Assembly (NCBI GenBank): GCA_030651135.1
Contig: JAUSCS010000006.1
Coordinates: forward strand, 650,160 to 714,159
DNA length: 64,000 bases
Direction of reading: 5' to 3'
Source: Candidatus Woesearchaeota archaeon
Lineage (GTDB): Archaea > Nanobdellota > Nanobdellia > Woesearchaeales > JACPBO01
Shown: in pieces, positions 30,453 to 40,230 of the stretch
Numbering within the stretch: the first letter of the stretch is position 1
How the letters are laid out: each line of letters opens with the position of its first letter
Notes under the pieces: model-generated
The model's database searches: none
What the model was told of the DNA's origin: nothing
Seen by the model: the letters and a program-made list of their open reading frames with translations, nothing else
Position numbers and translations under genes: made by a program

Positions 30453-31175
30453 TTACGCTTCAGCTGTTTCTTCAGTTTTATTTTCAATTTCAGCTGTTTC
30501 TTCAGCATTTTCCGGCTGGGCTTTTGCTTCTTCCTCATTTTCTTTCAACTCTGCCTGAGGCTTTTCTTCCTTTAACTCTGCTTCTTTTATTTCTTCGGGC
30601 TTTTTTCCTTCTTCAATTGTCATCATTTTAATCTCAAGATTTTTAACAGGATATATTTTTGACATATCAGCCTTCACTTTCTTTTGCAGCCTGCTGCCAA
30701 TAATTTCATAAAGGAGAGCTTCGTAAGTCAGCTTTGCAACAGCTTCTTTAAGCAAGACCTGCATTTTCTTCCTTAATTTTGAAAGAATTGAGTTCTTTGT
30801 TGATGCTACTGTTATCGCCAATGGCTTTATTCTTATCACCTTGTTGTCAAGTGTTTTGCATGCAAAAGAATCGTCAACCCTTTCCTTTTCGCGCCTTATC
30901 ATTCTTCTTATTGAAGCAGGGTTCATCATATAGCCAATAACATCAGTAAAAACCCTGTTGCCTTCTATCCTGTTGATAACAAACTGCATATTTATATTCT
31001 GGTTTTTTGGGTCGCCAGTGAGGTTCATCAAATTTGCCGAAATACTCCTATTGAGCAGGCTTTTAATATCAGTAACCAGTGTTTCACCTATTACCTGCTC
31101 GCTGAATATTTTTGGAGCTATGATTGAATGCCACTTTTTCTTCTTGATCTTAAGTTCTGTTTCCTTTTCAGCCAT
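30453..31175 (-). CDS. rps3ae: 30S ribosomal protein S3Ae (eS1)
   Basis: KKKWHSIIAPKIF, IRRMIRR…RVDD, KIYPVKNLEI. Acidic tail. Confidence 0.9.
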   Translation of the reverse strand: MAEKETELKIKKKKWHSIIAPKIFSEQVIGETLVTDIKSLLNRSISANLMNLTGDPKNQNINMQFVINRIEGNRVFTDVIGYMMNPASIRRMIRREKERVDDSFACKTLDNKVIRIKPLAITVASTKNSILSKLRKKMQVLLKEAVAKLTYEALLYEIIGSRLQKKVKADMSKIYPVKNLEIKMMTIEEGKKPEEIKEAELKEEKPQAELKENEEEAKAQPENAEETAEIENKTEETAEA

Positions 31176-31277
31176 TTTACTATTGTTGGAAAAAGGGATT
31201 TGTTTAAAAAGCCTTCGGTTTTTTATTCAGCCAGCACATTCACAAGTTTTTTAAATAGGCTCGCTTTGCCTGTTTTC

Positions 31278-31817
31278 ATGAACAACAAAATGCTAGGATG
31301 GGCTCTTATAATATTTGCAGTCTTAATGCTCTCTGTTCTTTTTTTTATAAAGCTCGGCATTGACAGGGCTTATCAGGCGCAGATTGATTTTTATGAAACA
31401 ACTGGTGGAACCTGCCCGACTGATCCCAACATATGCCCTCACACTCAAAAAGCAAAAGCCCAGATCCCAATATATATAGGCGCGGCAATAATGCTTGCAG
31501 TGGCAAGCCTTGGGTTTTATCTCATTTTCTTTGAAAAAAGCCAGCAGGAAGTTATCAGAGCATTGAAAGAAACAAAGGATGAAAAATTCAAAGGGGAGAA
31601 ATTTGATATTCTGCTCAGCGGCCTGGGTGATGATGAGAAAAAGATAATCAAAGCAGTTAAAGAGCAGGACGGAATAACGCAGGCAACATTAAGAATAAGG
31701 ACGGATATGTCAAAGGCAAAGCTTTCTGTTGTGCTTTCAGGCCTTGAAAAGAAGGGCCTCATTAAAAAAGTTGCCAAAGGTAAGACAAATCAGGTATTCT
31801 TAAAGAAGGCGATTTAA
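31278..31817 (+). CDS. Membrane-anchored winged-HTH regulator (2 TM, Cys/His loop)
   Basis: TM-GGTCPTDPNICPH-TM, then DGITQATLRIRTDMSKAKLSVVLSGLEKKGLI. Start trimmed. Confidence 0.8.
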   Translation: MNNKMLGWALIIFAVLMLSVLFFIKLGIDRAYQAQIDFYETTGGTCPTDPNICPHTQKAKAQIPIYIGAAIMLAVASLGFYLIFFEKSQQEVIRALKETKDEKFKGEKFDILLSGLGDDEKKIIKAVKEQDGITQATLRIRTDMSKAKLSVVLSGLEKKGLIKKVAKGKTNQVFLKKAI

Positions 31818-31929
31818 TCATTTTTGAACGATTCTGAACATATTTTTGGTTATTTAAACACATCAGAGCCTGTTTATCAGTACAGTTTATGAGGTTAAAT
31901 ATATCATCTTGGCCTTATTCTGCATTAAT

Positions 31930-32190
31930 ATGCCAAAAAAACACGATCGAATCAAATATGACCAAATCATATTGTATGCTGTGATGGTTATTTTAATTGC
32001 AGCATTGATGTGGAGCGTATTCGGATTAACACAAAAGAATTATTTCGGATCTGATTACAATAAAGCAATACAAAGCCAAAACAAAGAAAACATCTGCGCA
32101 ACTCCTGAAGGTTACACAGATCAGGAATGGATAGAGCACATGGGGCATCACCCTGATCAATACAAGGAATGTTTGGACAAGCTAAAATGA
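31930..32190 (+). CDS. Small membrane-anchored His/Cys protein
   Basis: TM then ICATPEGY…WIEHMGHHPDQYKECL. Confidence 0.75.
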   Translation: MPKKHDRIKYDQIILYAVMVILIAALMWSVFGLTQKNYFGSDYNKAIQSQNKENICATPEGYTDQEWIEHMGHHPDQYKECLDKLK

Positions 32191-32663
32191 ATGCAAAAAC
32201 AAAACTGATTGCCGGATTGGCATTGATTGTATTGGTGATCTTTTCATTGGCGATTATATTAAACGCATCAAAAAGCAAAATGCCGATGCTTGCAAATGAA
32301 AATATGCTGCCGGAGTTTGTGATGAACAACTATCAGAACAAGCTGGCTTACAGCATTGCGCTTGACAGGCAGGAAGATTTTGAATATATTGCATGCTACT
32401 GCGGCTGCGGAATGCATGAAATGCAGCACAGGGGAAAAACAATCCCAATAATGCACAGCCTCAAGGAATGCTTCATAAATGAAGACGGGAGCTGGCAGGA
32501 TCATGCTGCAATTGACTGTCCTGCATGTGTTGCCATAGCATTAAAAGCAGACGAGCTGCTCAAGCAGGGTTTATCATTAAAGGAAACCAGGGAATATATA
32601 GATACCGAATATGTTGATCAAAGATATATTGAAATGGGGACAAAGACACCCCTGCCGCCGTAA
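32187..32663 (+). CDS. PCYCGC-motif family protein
   Basis: YIACYCGCG…HSLKECF…DHAAIDCPACV. N-terminal anchor. Confidence 0.8.
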   Translation: MNAKTKLIAGLALIVLVIFSLAIILNASKSKMPMLANENMLPEFVMNNYQNKLAYSIALDRQEDFEYIACYCGCGMHEMQHRGKTIPIMHSLKECFINEDGSWQDHAAIDCPACVAIALKADELLKQGLSLKETREYIDTEYVDQRYIEMGTKTPLPP

Positions 32664-32677
32664 TTAGTGAAAACAAA

Positions 32678-33175
32678 ATGAAAAAAAACTTATTTTTTAT
32701 GGCAATGTTATTTCTTGCATTAGCAGCATTCATGCCGTTTGTAAGCGCGCATTGCCCGCTTTGCACAGCTGCTGTCGGTATGGGAGTTGCTGTAACGAGG
32801 TTTTATGGAGTCGATGATATGATTGTCGGGCTTTGGGTCGGCGCATTCATAATTTCAACAGCATTGTGGCTCAATAATGTGCTGAAGAAAAAATACATTC
32901 CATTCCAGGACCACATTGTTACAATATTGATATTTGCTGCAACAATAATTTCCTTTTATTTCGGGGGATTATTCAATGCAAGCAGTATTTTTGGAGTAGA
33001 CAAATTATTATTAGGCATAATAGCAGGCAGCATTTTAGTTTATGCAGGATTGTTCATAAGCAGCAATGTGAAGCAGATTAACAAAAACAAAGTTATATTT
33101 CCATTTCAGACAATTATTTTTATTTTGGCCTTGTTGGCAATAACAAGCGTAATAGTGTGGCTGGCAATAAGATGA
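32678..33175 (+). CDS. Membrane protein with HCPLC motif
   Basis: Signal peptide ending AHCPLCTAAVG, followed by about 4 TM helices. Confidence 0.8.
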   Translation: MKKNLFFMAMLFLALAAFMPFVSAHCPLCTAAVGMGVAVTRFYGVDDMIVGLWVGAFIISTALWLNNVLKKKYIPFQDHIVTILIFAATIISFYFGGLFNASSIFGVDKLLLGIIAGSILVYAGLFISSNVKQINKNKVIFPFQTIIFILALLAITSVIVWLAIR

Positions 33176-33675
33176 TAGCTGAAAATATCAAGATGGATGT
33201 GAATGAGCTTGTGAAAAGGGCGAATGTCATTAAAAATAAAGGCAAGGTTGACCTTTCATCAGATGAGGATTTGAGCATAGCCCTAATGAATCTGATAAGC
33301 ATAGAAGAGCACATGTATTTCAGCGCAATGAAGACGAATAAGAAGCTCTACCTTGATCTTTTAAATCAAATAAGAGAGCTAAGAAAAAATCTGCTTAAGG
33401 AAATAGTTAAAGAGCCTGAAGGCGAAGTGTGGTGCATAAGCAAGCATCTGCTTGGAGCAAGCATGCGCCTGATTGAAGTTGGCAATAAGCATCTGAATAA
33501 AGATGAAAATAAAGCACAGATGTTTTTCAAAAACGCATTTGACCTTTACACTTTATTTTGGAGCCTGAATCTGAAATTAATAAAATCAGGCGAGATGATC
33601 CAGACCCAAGGCAGCAGCTGGAAGGAAAAGCTTGCAAACATTGTTAAAAAAGTAATAGACTGCTGTAAGGAGTGA
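33172..33675 (+). CDS. Hypothetical protein (IEEH, WCISKHLL, C-terminal DCCKE)
   Basis: Translationally coupled ORF with candidate metal ligands. Confidence 0.8.
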   Translation: MIAENIKMDVNELVKRANVIKNKGKVDLSSDEDLSIALMNLISIEEHMYFSAMKTNKKLYLDLLNQIRELRKNLLKEIVKEPEGEVWCISKHLLGASMRLIEVGNKHLNKDENKAQMFFKNAFDLYTLFWSLNLKLIKSGEMIQTQGSSWKEKLANIVKKVIDCCKE

Positions 33676-33739
33676 AAAAATGCATAAGGTTTTTAAATGA
33701 AAACAAACAACACATTAAAACAGAGGGGTGAAATTAAAA

Positions 33740-34450
33740 ATGGCAGCAATAAAACATAAAACTAAGTTAAAGGAAACAATAAACAAATTGAGTATTTGGC
33801 TGATAGTTGTTATCGCTTTACTTGTTGTTTTTAATCAATGGCAGATATCGGGCATAGCATCGAGATTTGCAGCAACAGGCATTTCGACAACATCAAGCTC
33901 TACAACGTCTGGCAGCACAGCAGTAAGTTCATCAAATCTTCAAAGTTCTGTTATTCCGACAGGAGTTCCGAGAATTTACGGAGCAGAGTTTGGCTTAAGC
34001 TATGATGATATTTCTTCGAATGATGCAAGAAAGACACAGGCAGCAATAAATAAGATGGGGGTTTATGATAAGTCAATCACACTGACAGGAGATGATTTGC
34101 AGCGCTATATAGCTGTCGGCATGCAAATAAGCTGTGAATATTGCTGCGGAGCTGAGGCAATTATCTTTAAAAATGGAGCTGCGGCATGCGGTTGCGCCCA
34201 CAGCGGTGCAATGCGCGGATTGGCAAAATACCTGATAAGCAAGCATCCGAATGATTTCACAAACGACGAAATCCTGGAAGAGCTTGGAAAATGGAAAACA
34301 CTGTTCTTCCCAGGCATAATGACTCAGAAAGCTGCGGTATTGCAGTCCAAGGGAATTGAGTTTAATTACATAAACCTTGCTTCAAACAAATACAGGGGAA
34401 TAGAGAAAGGAGCAACATCATCTGGCGGGGCAATGGTGGGAGGCTGTTAA
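33740..34450 (+). CDS. Membrane-anchored Cys-rich protein ending MVGGC
   Basis: TM, S/T linker, CEYCCG, CGCAHS, C-terminal GGAMVGGC. Confidence 0.85.
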   Translation: MAAIKHKTKLKETINKLSIWLIVVIALLVVFNQWQISGIASRFAATGISTTSSSTTSGSTAVSSSNLQSSVIPTGVPRIYGAEFGLSYDDISSNDARKTQAAINKMGVYDKSITLTGDDLQRYIAVGMQISCEYCCGAEAIIFKNGAAACGCAHSGAMRGLAKYLISKHPNDFTNDEILEELGKWKTLFFPGIMTQKAAVLQSKGIEFNYINLASNKYRGIEKGATSSGGAMVGGC

Positions 34451-34451
34451 G

Positions 34452-34721
34452 ATGGATAAAAAAATAACAGTAATTGTCGTCCTGCTGTCAGTCATCATGA
34501 TAGTTTCGTTTATTCAGGCATTCCAACTGATGGATATCAAGGCCAAGCTATCTGTAGCAGGTCTTGCAACAGGCGGAAGCGCAGCAAACGGCAAGCTCGA
34601 CACAACAGGATGGACAGAGAACGAAAAAATGAATTATGAAATGCATGGAACCATTCCTGCAAGAATCGGGCAAGGCAGCAGTTCAGGATCTAGTGCATCA
34701 TCAATGGTAGGAGGCTGCTAA
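34452..34721 (+). CDS. Small membrane-anchored protein ending MVGGC
   Basis: TM…QAFQL, NYEMHG, Ser linker, MVGGC. Confidence 0.85.
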   Translation: MDKKITVIVVLLSVIMIVSFIQAFQLMDIKAKLSVAGLATGGSAANGKLDTTGWTENEKMNYEMHGTIPARIGQGSSSGSSASSMVGGC

Positions 34722-34764
34722 ATGATAAAAAATAAAATAAAACAAAAAATAAGGAGGAAATAAA

Positions 34765-34962
34765 ATGGACAAGAACATAATAATAGCGATTGTGTTGGGC
34801 GTTTTATTGCTCGTATCTGTTGTGCAGGCATTTGAGCTGAACACAATAAAAACAAAGCTGAGCAGCGGAACAGTTGCAGTTTCAGGTGCAACTACAACAT
34901 CTTCAAGTGCAGCATCTGCGTCAGCATCAAGCTCATCCGGCGGAATGGTTGGCGGTTGTTAG
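34765..34962 (+). CDS. Small membrane-anchored protein ending MVGGC
   Basis: AGGAGG SD. TM…QAFEL, Ser/Ala linker, GGMVGGC. Paralog of the previous gene. Confidence 0.85.
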   Translation: MDKNIIIAIVLGVLLLVSVVQAFELNTIKTKLSSGTVAVSGATTTSSSAASASASSSSGGMVGGC

Positions 34963-34971
34963 GAGGTAAAA

Positions 34972-35169
34972 ATGAAAATAAAAATAGCATTGATCTTATT
35001 GTTGGTTATAGGATTGATTTTTGTGGCAGGATGCTCGTCAAGCAGTGATTATGGCAGCGGCAGCGCTCCAAGCGGGCCAGTTGGCGGCGGTTGTGGAGTT
35101 ATAGGGCCGGAAGATACAAATGCAAACAATGCAGTTGAGAAGATTAATTCAGTTAAAGAACTTTTTTAA
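34972..35169 (+). CDS. Small lipoprotein with internal PVGGGC
   Basis: AGGAGGT SD, lipobox VAGC, GPVGGGCG. Confidence 0.75.
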   Translation: MKIKIALILLLVIGLIFVAGCSSSSDYGSGSAPSGPVGGGCGVIGPEDTNANNAVEKINSVKELF

Positions 35170-35191
35170 TTGATTTATTTAAACAAACAAA

Positions 35192-35653
35192 ATGGAAGAA
35201 CTGAACAAAAAGGAGATTGAAGAAAAAAGGCAACAGAAGCATCGCGAGGAAGCAGACCAGCTAAGGCAGCAGAGGGAGCAGCTGGATAAGGAAAGAAAAG
35301 AAAATGCCGCAGCTAAAAAAAGAAACAAAATAATGATTTTGTCAGTTATCGCGGTTATAATTATAGCGATAATAGCATACAGCATCTATTCTGCATCAAA
35401 ACCAGGCGCTTTTGATGATTTTGCAAAATGCTTAAAAGAAAAGGGCGCAGTGATGTACGGCGCGATAGAATGGTGCCAGTACACGAAGCAGCAGGCAAAG
35501 ATGTTTGGAAACTCATTTAAATATGTTGATTACAGGGATTACCAGAAAGGGCCGGATATAAAAGTGACTCCGACATGGATAATAAACAATGAACGATACG
35601 AAAAAGTGCAGAGTTTTCAAAGATTGTCTGAGTTAACAGGTTGCAAGATTTAA
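35192..35653 (+). CDS. Membrane-anchored thioredoxin-like protein (CxxT)
   Basis: FAKCL…MYGAIEWCQYTKQQ…TPTW…ELTGC. Confidence 0.75.
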   Translation: MEELNKKEIEEKRQQKHREEADQLRQQREQLDKERKENAAAKKRNKIMILSVIAVIIIAIIAYSIYSASKPGAFDDFAKCLKEKGAVMYGAIEWCQYTKQQAKMFGNSFKYVDYRDYQKGPDIKVTPTWIINNERYEKVQSFQRLSELTGCKI

Positions 35654-35670
35654 GATTTGGCGAGGTAAAA

Positions 35671-36492
35671 ATGGAAGAAAAAACTAAAAATAGAAAATTC
35701 AGCTTTACTAGCATCAAGTTGTTGCTAGTTGCTCTTATCCTCATAGTGTTCTTAACAAACCTGTTTATAATATTTGGGATAAGCAGCCAGATTGTTGTTA
35801 AAAAAGGCGTATCTTCTGTTTATATCAAAGCATCTTCATGCGAGAGCTGCAGCGATTTGACTGGCCTGGTCCCTGCGCTTAAAAATATAGGCGTTGTTTT
35901 TGGAAACGAGAAAACATTTGATGCCAGCAGCGCAGAAGGAAAACAACTGATAGATAGATATAAAATATTAAAACTGCCTGCATTTATATTTTCAAAGGAA
36001 ATATCCCAATACGAAGAAGTGACAAGCGCATGGAGCCAAATGGGAAGCGTTGAAAAGGACGGCAGCTATGTTTTAAGGCTGATAAACCCGCCTTATTTTG
36101 ATATCGCAGCATCTAAGGTAACGGGTTTTGTTGATATAACATATCTGACAGATAACAGCTGCAAAGCGTGCTATAATGTCACAGTTCACAAAATTATACT
36201 CTCAAATCCGCAAAGCTTCGGAATGGCTATTTCAGCTGAGAGATATGTGGACATTTCATCTGAGACTGGAAAAGAGCTGGTCAGGAAATACAACATAACT
36301 CTTGTTCCGACAGCGATAATATCAAAAGATGCTGCCCTCTACCCTTCGCTCACAGTAGTTTGGCCTCAGGTTGGATCGGTTGAGAGTGACGGAAGCTACA
36401 TTTTCAGGGATTTGAGTGTGCTGAAAGTTGTTTATAAAAACATTGCAAACAACACAATAATAAACGCGTCGTCATCAGCAGCTGCAAGCTAA
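35671..36492 (+). CDS. Membrane-anchored protein with two thioredoxin-like CxxC repeats
   Basis: CESC and CKAC, each followed by a repeated GKxLxxxYxI…P…W.Q.GSVE.DGSY segment. Confidence 0.75.
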   Translation: MEEKTKNRKFSFTSIKLLLVALILIVFLTNLFIIFGISSQIVVKKGVSSVYIKASSCESCSDLTGLVPALKNIGVVFGNEKTFDASSAEGKQLIDRYKILKLPAFIFSKEISQYEEVTSAWSQMGSVEKDGSYVLRLINPPYFDIAASKVTGFVDITYLTDNSCKACYNVTVHKIILSNPQSFGMAISAERYVDISSETGKELVRKYNITLVPTAIISKDAALYPSLTVVWPQVGSVESDGSYIFRDLSVLKVVYKNIANNTIINASSSAAAS

Positions 36493-36493
36493 A

Positions 36494-37126
36494 ATGTTTT
36501 ATAATGGCATAATAAGTGCGCTTTATGATTTTGAAATCAGGCTCTTTTTGCTTTTTTTAGGAGGCGAGAAAAGGCTAAGGGAAGCTGCAGCAAATGCTGT
36601 TGATATCGGGCATGCAAAAAACACATTAGATGTTTTTTGCGGCACAGGAACATTGACAAGCCTGATTGCAGAAAAAACCAAAGGCAATGTTTTTGGGGTG
36701 GATCTGTCAGAAAATATGATAAGAAGAGCCAGGAAAAAAACAAGCTCCAAAAACACAAAATACATTGTTGCCGATGCAAAAAATATCCCCTTTGAAGACA
36801 ATTACTTTGATATTGCATTCGAATCCCTGGGCCTGCACGAATTAAAATTCAAAGACAGAAATAAGGCAATAGCAGAGATTTACAGGACATTGAAAAAAGG
36901 AGGCACAGCGGTTTTTGTTGAATATGTGAAGCCAAAAAAACAAACAGTCATATTTTTAATATTGAAGTGCATTGAAACAATAATTGACAGGGAAGCCATT
37001 GACGACTTTTTCAGCAGGGATTTTCAAAGTCATTTGGAATACCATAAGTTTAAAGTTATCAATAAAATTCCTGTGCTGAAAGGTTATGCCAACATATTTG
37101 TGGCTAAAAAATCATATAGCAAATGA
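36494..37126 (+). CDS. Class I SAM methyltransferase (UbiE-like)
   Basis: LDVFCGTGT, GVDLSENM, PFEDNYFD, GLHE. Confidence 0.88.
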   Translation: MFYNGIISALYDFEIRLFLLFLGGEKRLREAAANAVDIGHAKNTLDVFCGTGTLTSLIAEKTKGNVFGVDLSENMIRRARKKTSSKNTKYIVADAKNIPFEDNYFDIAFESLGLHELKFKDRNKAIAEIYRTLKKGGTAVFVEYVKPKKQTVIFLILKCIETIIDREAIDDFFSRDFQSHLEYHKFKVINKIPVLKGYANIFVAKKSYSK

Positions 37127-37230
37127 CACAAATTTTTATACAATATATGAATGTCATTTGCTTATTACGAGCGGACAACTATTTGTATAAAAACTATTGT
37201 CCGCGAGTATAAATGCAGATGAGGTGCAAA

Positions 37231-37260
37231 ATGGGAAAAGGCAAAAAAGGATGCTGCTAG
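37231..37260 (+). CDS. 9-aa micropeptide MGKGKKGCC (copy 1)
   Basis: GAGGTG SD at 37221-26. The same peptide is encoded at 42353 with only synonymous differences. Confidence 0.7.
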   Translation: MGKGKKGCC

Positions 37261-37289
37261 CAAGTTAGTTAAGCAATACGAAGGCAAGA

Positions 37290-37904
37290 ATGGAAAAAAA
37301 TGGGTGGGACAGAATATATAAAGAAAACAGCCTGAAAAAAATTCCCTGGCATACTGAACAGCCTGAAAAAAATCTTGTGAAGCTTGTTGAGCAGGGGAAA
37401 ATCAAGCCAGGAGAAGTTCTTGACATGTGCTCGGGAGCAGGGACAAACTCTATTTATCTGGCTTCAAAGGGGTTTAAGGTTACAGGAGTTGACGTATCCC
37501 CTACAGCAGTAAAGATAGCAAAAGAAAGGTGCCTGAGAAAAGGCGTGGCTTGCAATTATCTTATGGGCAAGGTATTGAAATTCAAGACAAACAAAAAATT
37601 TGACTTTATTTTTGACAGAGGATGCTTTCACCATATTCCGGATAAAGACAAGCCAAAATATGTTAAAAGGCTTATTAATGTATTGAAGGGCAATGGCAGG
37701 GTTTACATCCAGTGCTTCAGCGATAAAAATCATTTTGACAAAAGCATTTCAAAGGAGGACATTTTAAGGTATTTTTCAGGCCCTTTTAAAATAGCCCATA
37801 TTAAAGAATCCATTCACACAGAGCCCGGCGGGGGAAAAATATACATGCACAATGTTTTTATGAAGAAAAAGAAAAACTTGGATTTTAATCGATCTCAAAA
37901 ATAA
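37290..37904 (+). CDS. Class I SAM methyltransferase (TPMT/TehB-like)
   Basis: WDRIY…IPW, VLDMCSGAG, GVDVS, FDRGCFHH. Confidence 0.88.
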   Translation: MEKNGWDRIYKENSLKKIPWHTEQPEKNLVKLVEQGKIKPGEVLDMCSGAGTNSIYLASKGFKVTGVDVSPTAVKIAKERCLRKGVACNYLMGKVLKFKTNKKFDFIFDRGCFHHIPDKDKPKYVKRLINVLKGNGRVYIQCFSDKNHFDKSISKEDILRYFSGPFKIAHIKESIHTEPGGGKIYMHNVFMKKKKNLDFNRSQK

Positions 37905-37924
37905 TACAACTAAAATAAACAAAG

Positions 37925-38416
37925 ATGAAAGAAACTTTAAAAAATCTGAATAATGCATCAAAAAGTGTATTGATTGTTTTAGTCATTATTGCTGTATATT
38001 TTTTATTGTTCCCGTTTATAGGCTCGTTTTTTATACGAGAACAAACTCCTATGATGCAAGGAATGAGCGAGATGATGGGAGCTAATATAATGAGTTCTTC
38101 TTCAATAAGCTCAATTACAATAAACCTTATTTCACTCATTTTTGCTTTAGGTTTAGGATTTCTTGCCTCGTTGTACTTATTTAAGATGAAGATAGAAGAT
38201 AAAGAATATAAAATTTTAAGAAAAGCATTGTCAGACGATAAAAAGAAGATTTTTGATGAGATTAAAAAGGCGGGTGAAATAACACAAGATTCACTAAGAT
38301 TTAGGCTAAACTGGAGTAAATCTAAAGTTTCAACTATTTTAACAGATCTTGACAAGATGAATTTAATTCAAAGAGAGAGGGTTGGAAAGACATATAAAGT
38401 GTATTTACAAAAATGA
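37925..38416 (+). CDS. Membrane-anchored winged-HTH regulator (Met-rich loop)
   Basis: TM-PMMQGMSEMMG-TM, then EITQDSLRFRLNWSKSKVSTILTDLDKMNLI. Confidence 0.8.
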   Translation: MKETLKNLNNASKSVLIVLVIIAVYFLLFPFIGSFFIREQTPMMQGMSEMMGANIMSSSSISSITINLISLIFALGLGFLASLYLFKMKIEDKEYKILRKALSDDKKKIFDEIKKAGEITQDSLRFRLNWSKSKVSTILTDLDKMNLIQRERVGKTYKVYLQK

Positions 38417-38477
38417 TGGTTTAAAACGGTTTAAATGGCAGGATAGTTATACTTGTTTTAATGTTTCAATGTATAAA

Positions 38478-39221
38478 ATGAAAAGAAAAATAGCAAATAA
38501 AACAAAAAACAAAGAGGATTATTTATTATACGGGCTTTTAGTTATAGCCTCTATTGTTTTGATCTTCAGCATAGTGTCTTTTTTAAATTTTCAAAGCGAT
38601 AATTCCAACCAACAATCAACTGAAATGCATTCTGCAAGTCAAATGTCATTAACAGCTTTCGATAAGCAATTGGCCAGAAATTTAATGGATAAAAATAATG
38701 ATGGGCTTTGCGATGCCTGCGGCATGGATGTAAGCGCATGCATAGATAGTGGCCAGCTGCAGTGCAACATGGATCCTAAATCAACGATTGGGGTGCTTGG
38801 CTCAGGGCACATTCACGCAGATTTTAAGGTTTTTATAAATGGAAATTCAATTAACTTCGCAAATGAAAAATATCATATGAAGAGCAGTTTTATTCATGTG
38901 GATGATAACCTAAATAAAGAAGATGCTTCAAGTGTCTTGCATATGCATGCAACAGGCGTGCCTTTATGGATATTTTTCAAAAGCGTTGGAATGGACTTCA
39001 ACAAAGAAAGCCTGACTTTACCTGATGGACGGAAATTTTCAAACGGCAGTAAGAATACACTAAAGTTCTACGTAAATGGCAGACCTAATAGTGAGTGGGA
39101 AAATTATGTATTCAGCGATCTGGACAAGATTTTGATTTCGTACGGAGATGAGACAGACATGAGCCAGCAATTAAATTTGATAACCGATTTTGCAAATGAT
39201 CATGGAAAGCAAGGTGAATAA
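38478..39221 (+). CDS. Membrane-anchored Cys/His metal-binding protein
   Basis: DKNNDGLCDACGM, HIHADF, HMHATG. Confidence 0.75.
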   Translation: MKRKIANKTKNKEDYLLYGLLVIASIVLIFSIVSFLNFQSDNSNQQSTEMHSASQMSLTAFDKQLARNLMDKNNDGLCDACGMDVSACIDSGQLQCNMDPKSTIGVLGSGHIHADFKVFINGNSINFANEKYHMKSSFIHVDDNLNKEDASSVLHMHATGVPLWIFFKSVGMDFNKESLTLPDGRKFSNGSKNTLKFYVNGRPNSEWENYVFSDLDKILISYGDETDMSQQLNLITDFANDHGKQGE

Positions 39222-39223
39222 AA

Positions 39224-39670
39224 ATGGATATTAAGTATAAAGCAACAAGAAACGGCATTATAGGAATTTTGTTGATTGTGGTATTGAACATCATAATACT
39301 TTGGAGCCTTGGATTCCCAGCAATGGCTGTTGCGCAGATCAAGAAATACTCTCCTTTGCTTGTCTTGCTGATTGGCGGATTTGGTTTCCAGATAAGTCTT
39401 TTCACTTATCTGAGGCACAAGAGCGCAATTGGCTGCACAACAACAGTTGCATCAGGCGGATTATCCACAACAAGCATGATACTGTGCTGCAGCCATTATC
39501 TTGTGAATATACTGCCTTTCATAGGAGTATCAGCGCTGGCTTCCCTTTCAGGCTATACGGTTTGGTTTATTTTAATAGGAATACTCTCTAATGCCGCAGG
39601 CATTGCAATAATGCTTTACAAAAGCAAAGGCGAAAAAAACAAAATTAGATTAAAAAAGAGAAAGAAATAA
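39224..39670 (+). CDS. Membrane protein with CCxH motif
   Basis: About 4 TM helices, SMILCCSHYL. Confidence 0.75.
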   Translation: MDIKYKATRNGIIGILLIVVLNIIILWSLGFPAMAVAQIKKYSPLLVLLIGGFGFQISLFTYLRHKSAIGCTTTVASGGLSTTSMILCCSHYLVNILPFIGVSALASLSGYTVWFILIGILSNAAGIAIMLYKSKGEKNKIRLKKRKK

Positions 39671-39705
39671 AAAGAAGACGGCTTTAATGCTAGTCGGAGG
39701 AGTAA

Positions 39706-40230
39706 ATGAAAAAAATATTGTTGGCAGTATTTTTGGTCTTATTGTTGAACCTGAGTTTAGTTTATGCAGTTACACAACAAGAACTAAGCGAAGCTAAAAA
39801 TCTGATTGATGCAAAAACTGACTGCAAAAATTTATCAGATTCCCAGCTGGAAATAATTGGAGAATATTATATGGAACAAATGCATCCTGGCGAGGCCCAT
39901 AAACTTATGCACAAAATGATGGGGCTGGAAGAGGGCTCTGAAGATGAAGAGCAGTTTCATATTAGCATGGCGAAAAGTATTTATTGCGGTGAGAATACAG
40001 CGGGAATGATGGGAGGAGGAATGATGAACGTGATGGGTGGAAATATGATGGGCGGTAATATTGGAGGCAACATGATGGGATATGGAATGATGAACAGCGG
40101 CTATATTTGGTATTGGAATTTCTTGAATGTGCTTTATGCGATATTGTTAATCGGCTCGATTATTTTAGTTTATTTATGGATTATGAAATTGTGGAAGAAT
40201 AATGCAAAACACAAAGGCGGTAAAAGGTGA
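39706..40230 (+). CDS. Met/His-rich exported protein with C-terminal TM
   Basis: MEQMHPGEAHKLMHKMMG, MMGGGMM repeats typical of Cu-binding proteins. Confidence 0.8.
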   Translation: MKKILLAVFLVLLLNLSLVYAVTQQELSEAKNLIDAKTDCKNLSDSQLEIIGEYYMEQMHPGEAHKLMHKMMGLEEGSEDEEQFHISMAKSIYCGENTAGMMGGGMMNVMGGNMMGGNIGGNMMGYGMMNSGYIWYWNFLNVLYAILLIGSIILVYLWIMKLWKNNAKHKGGKR

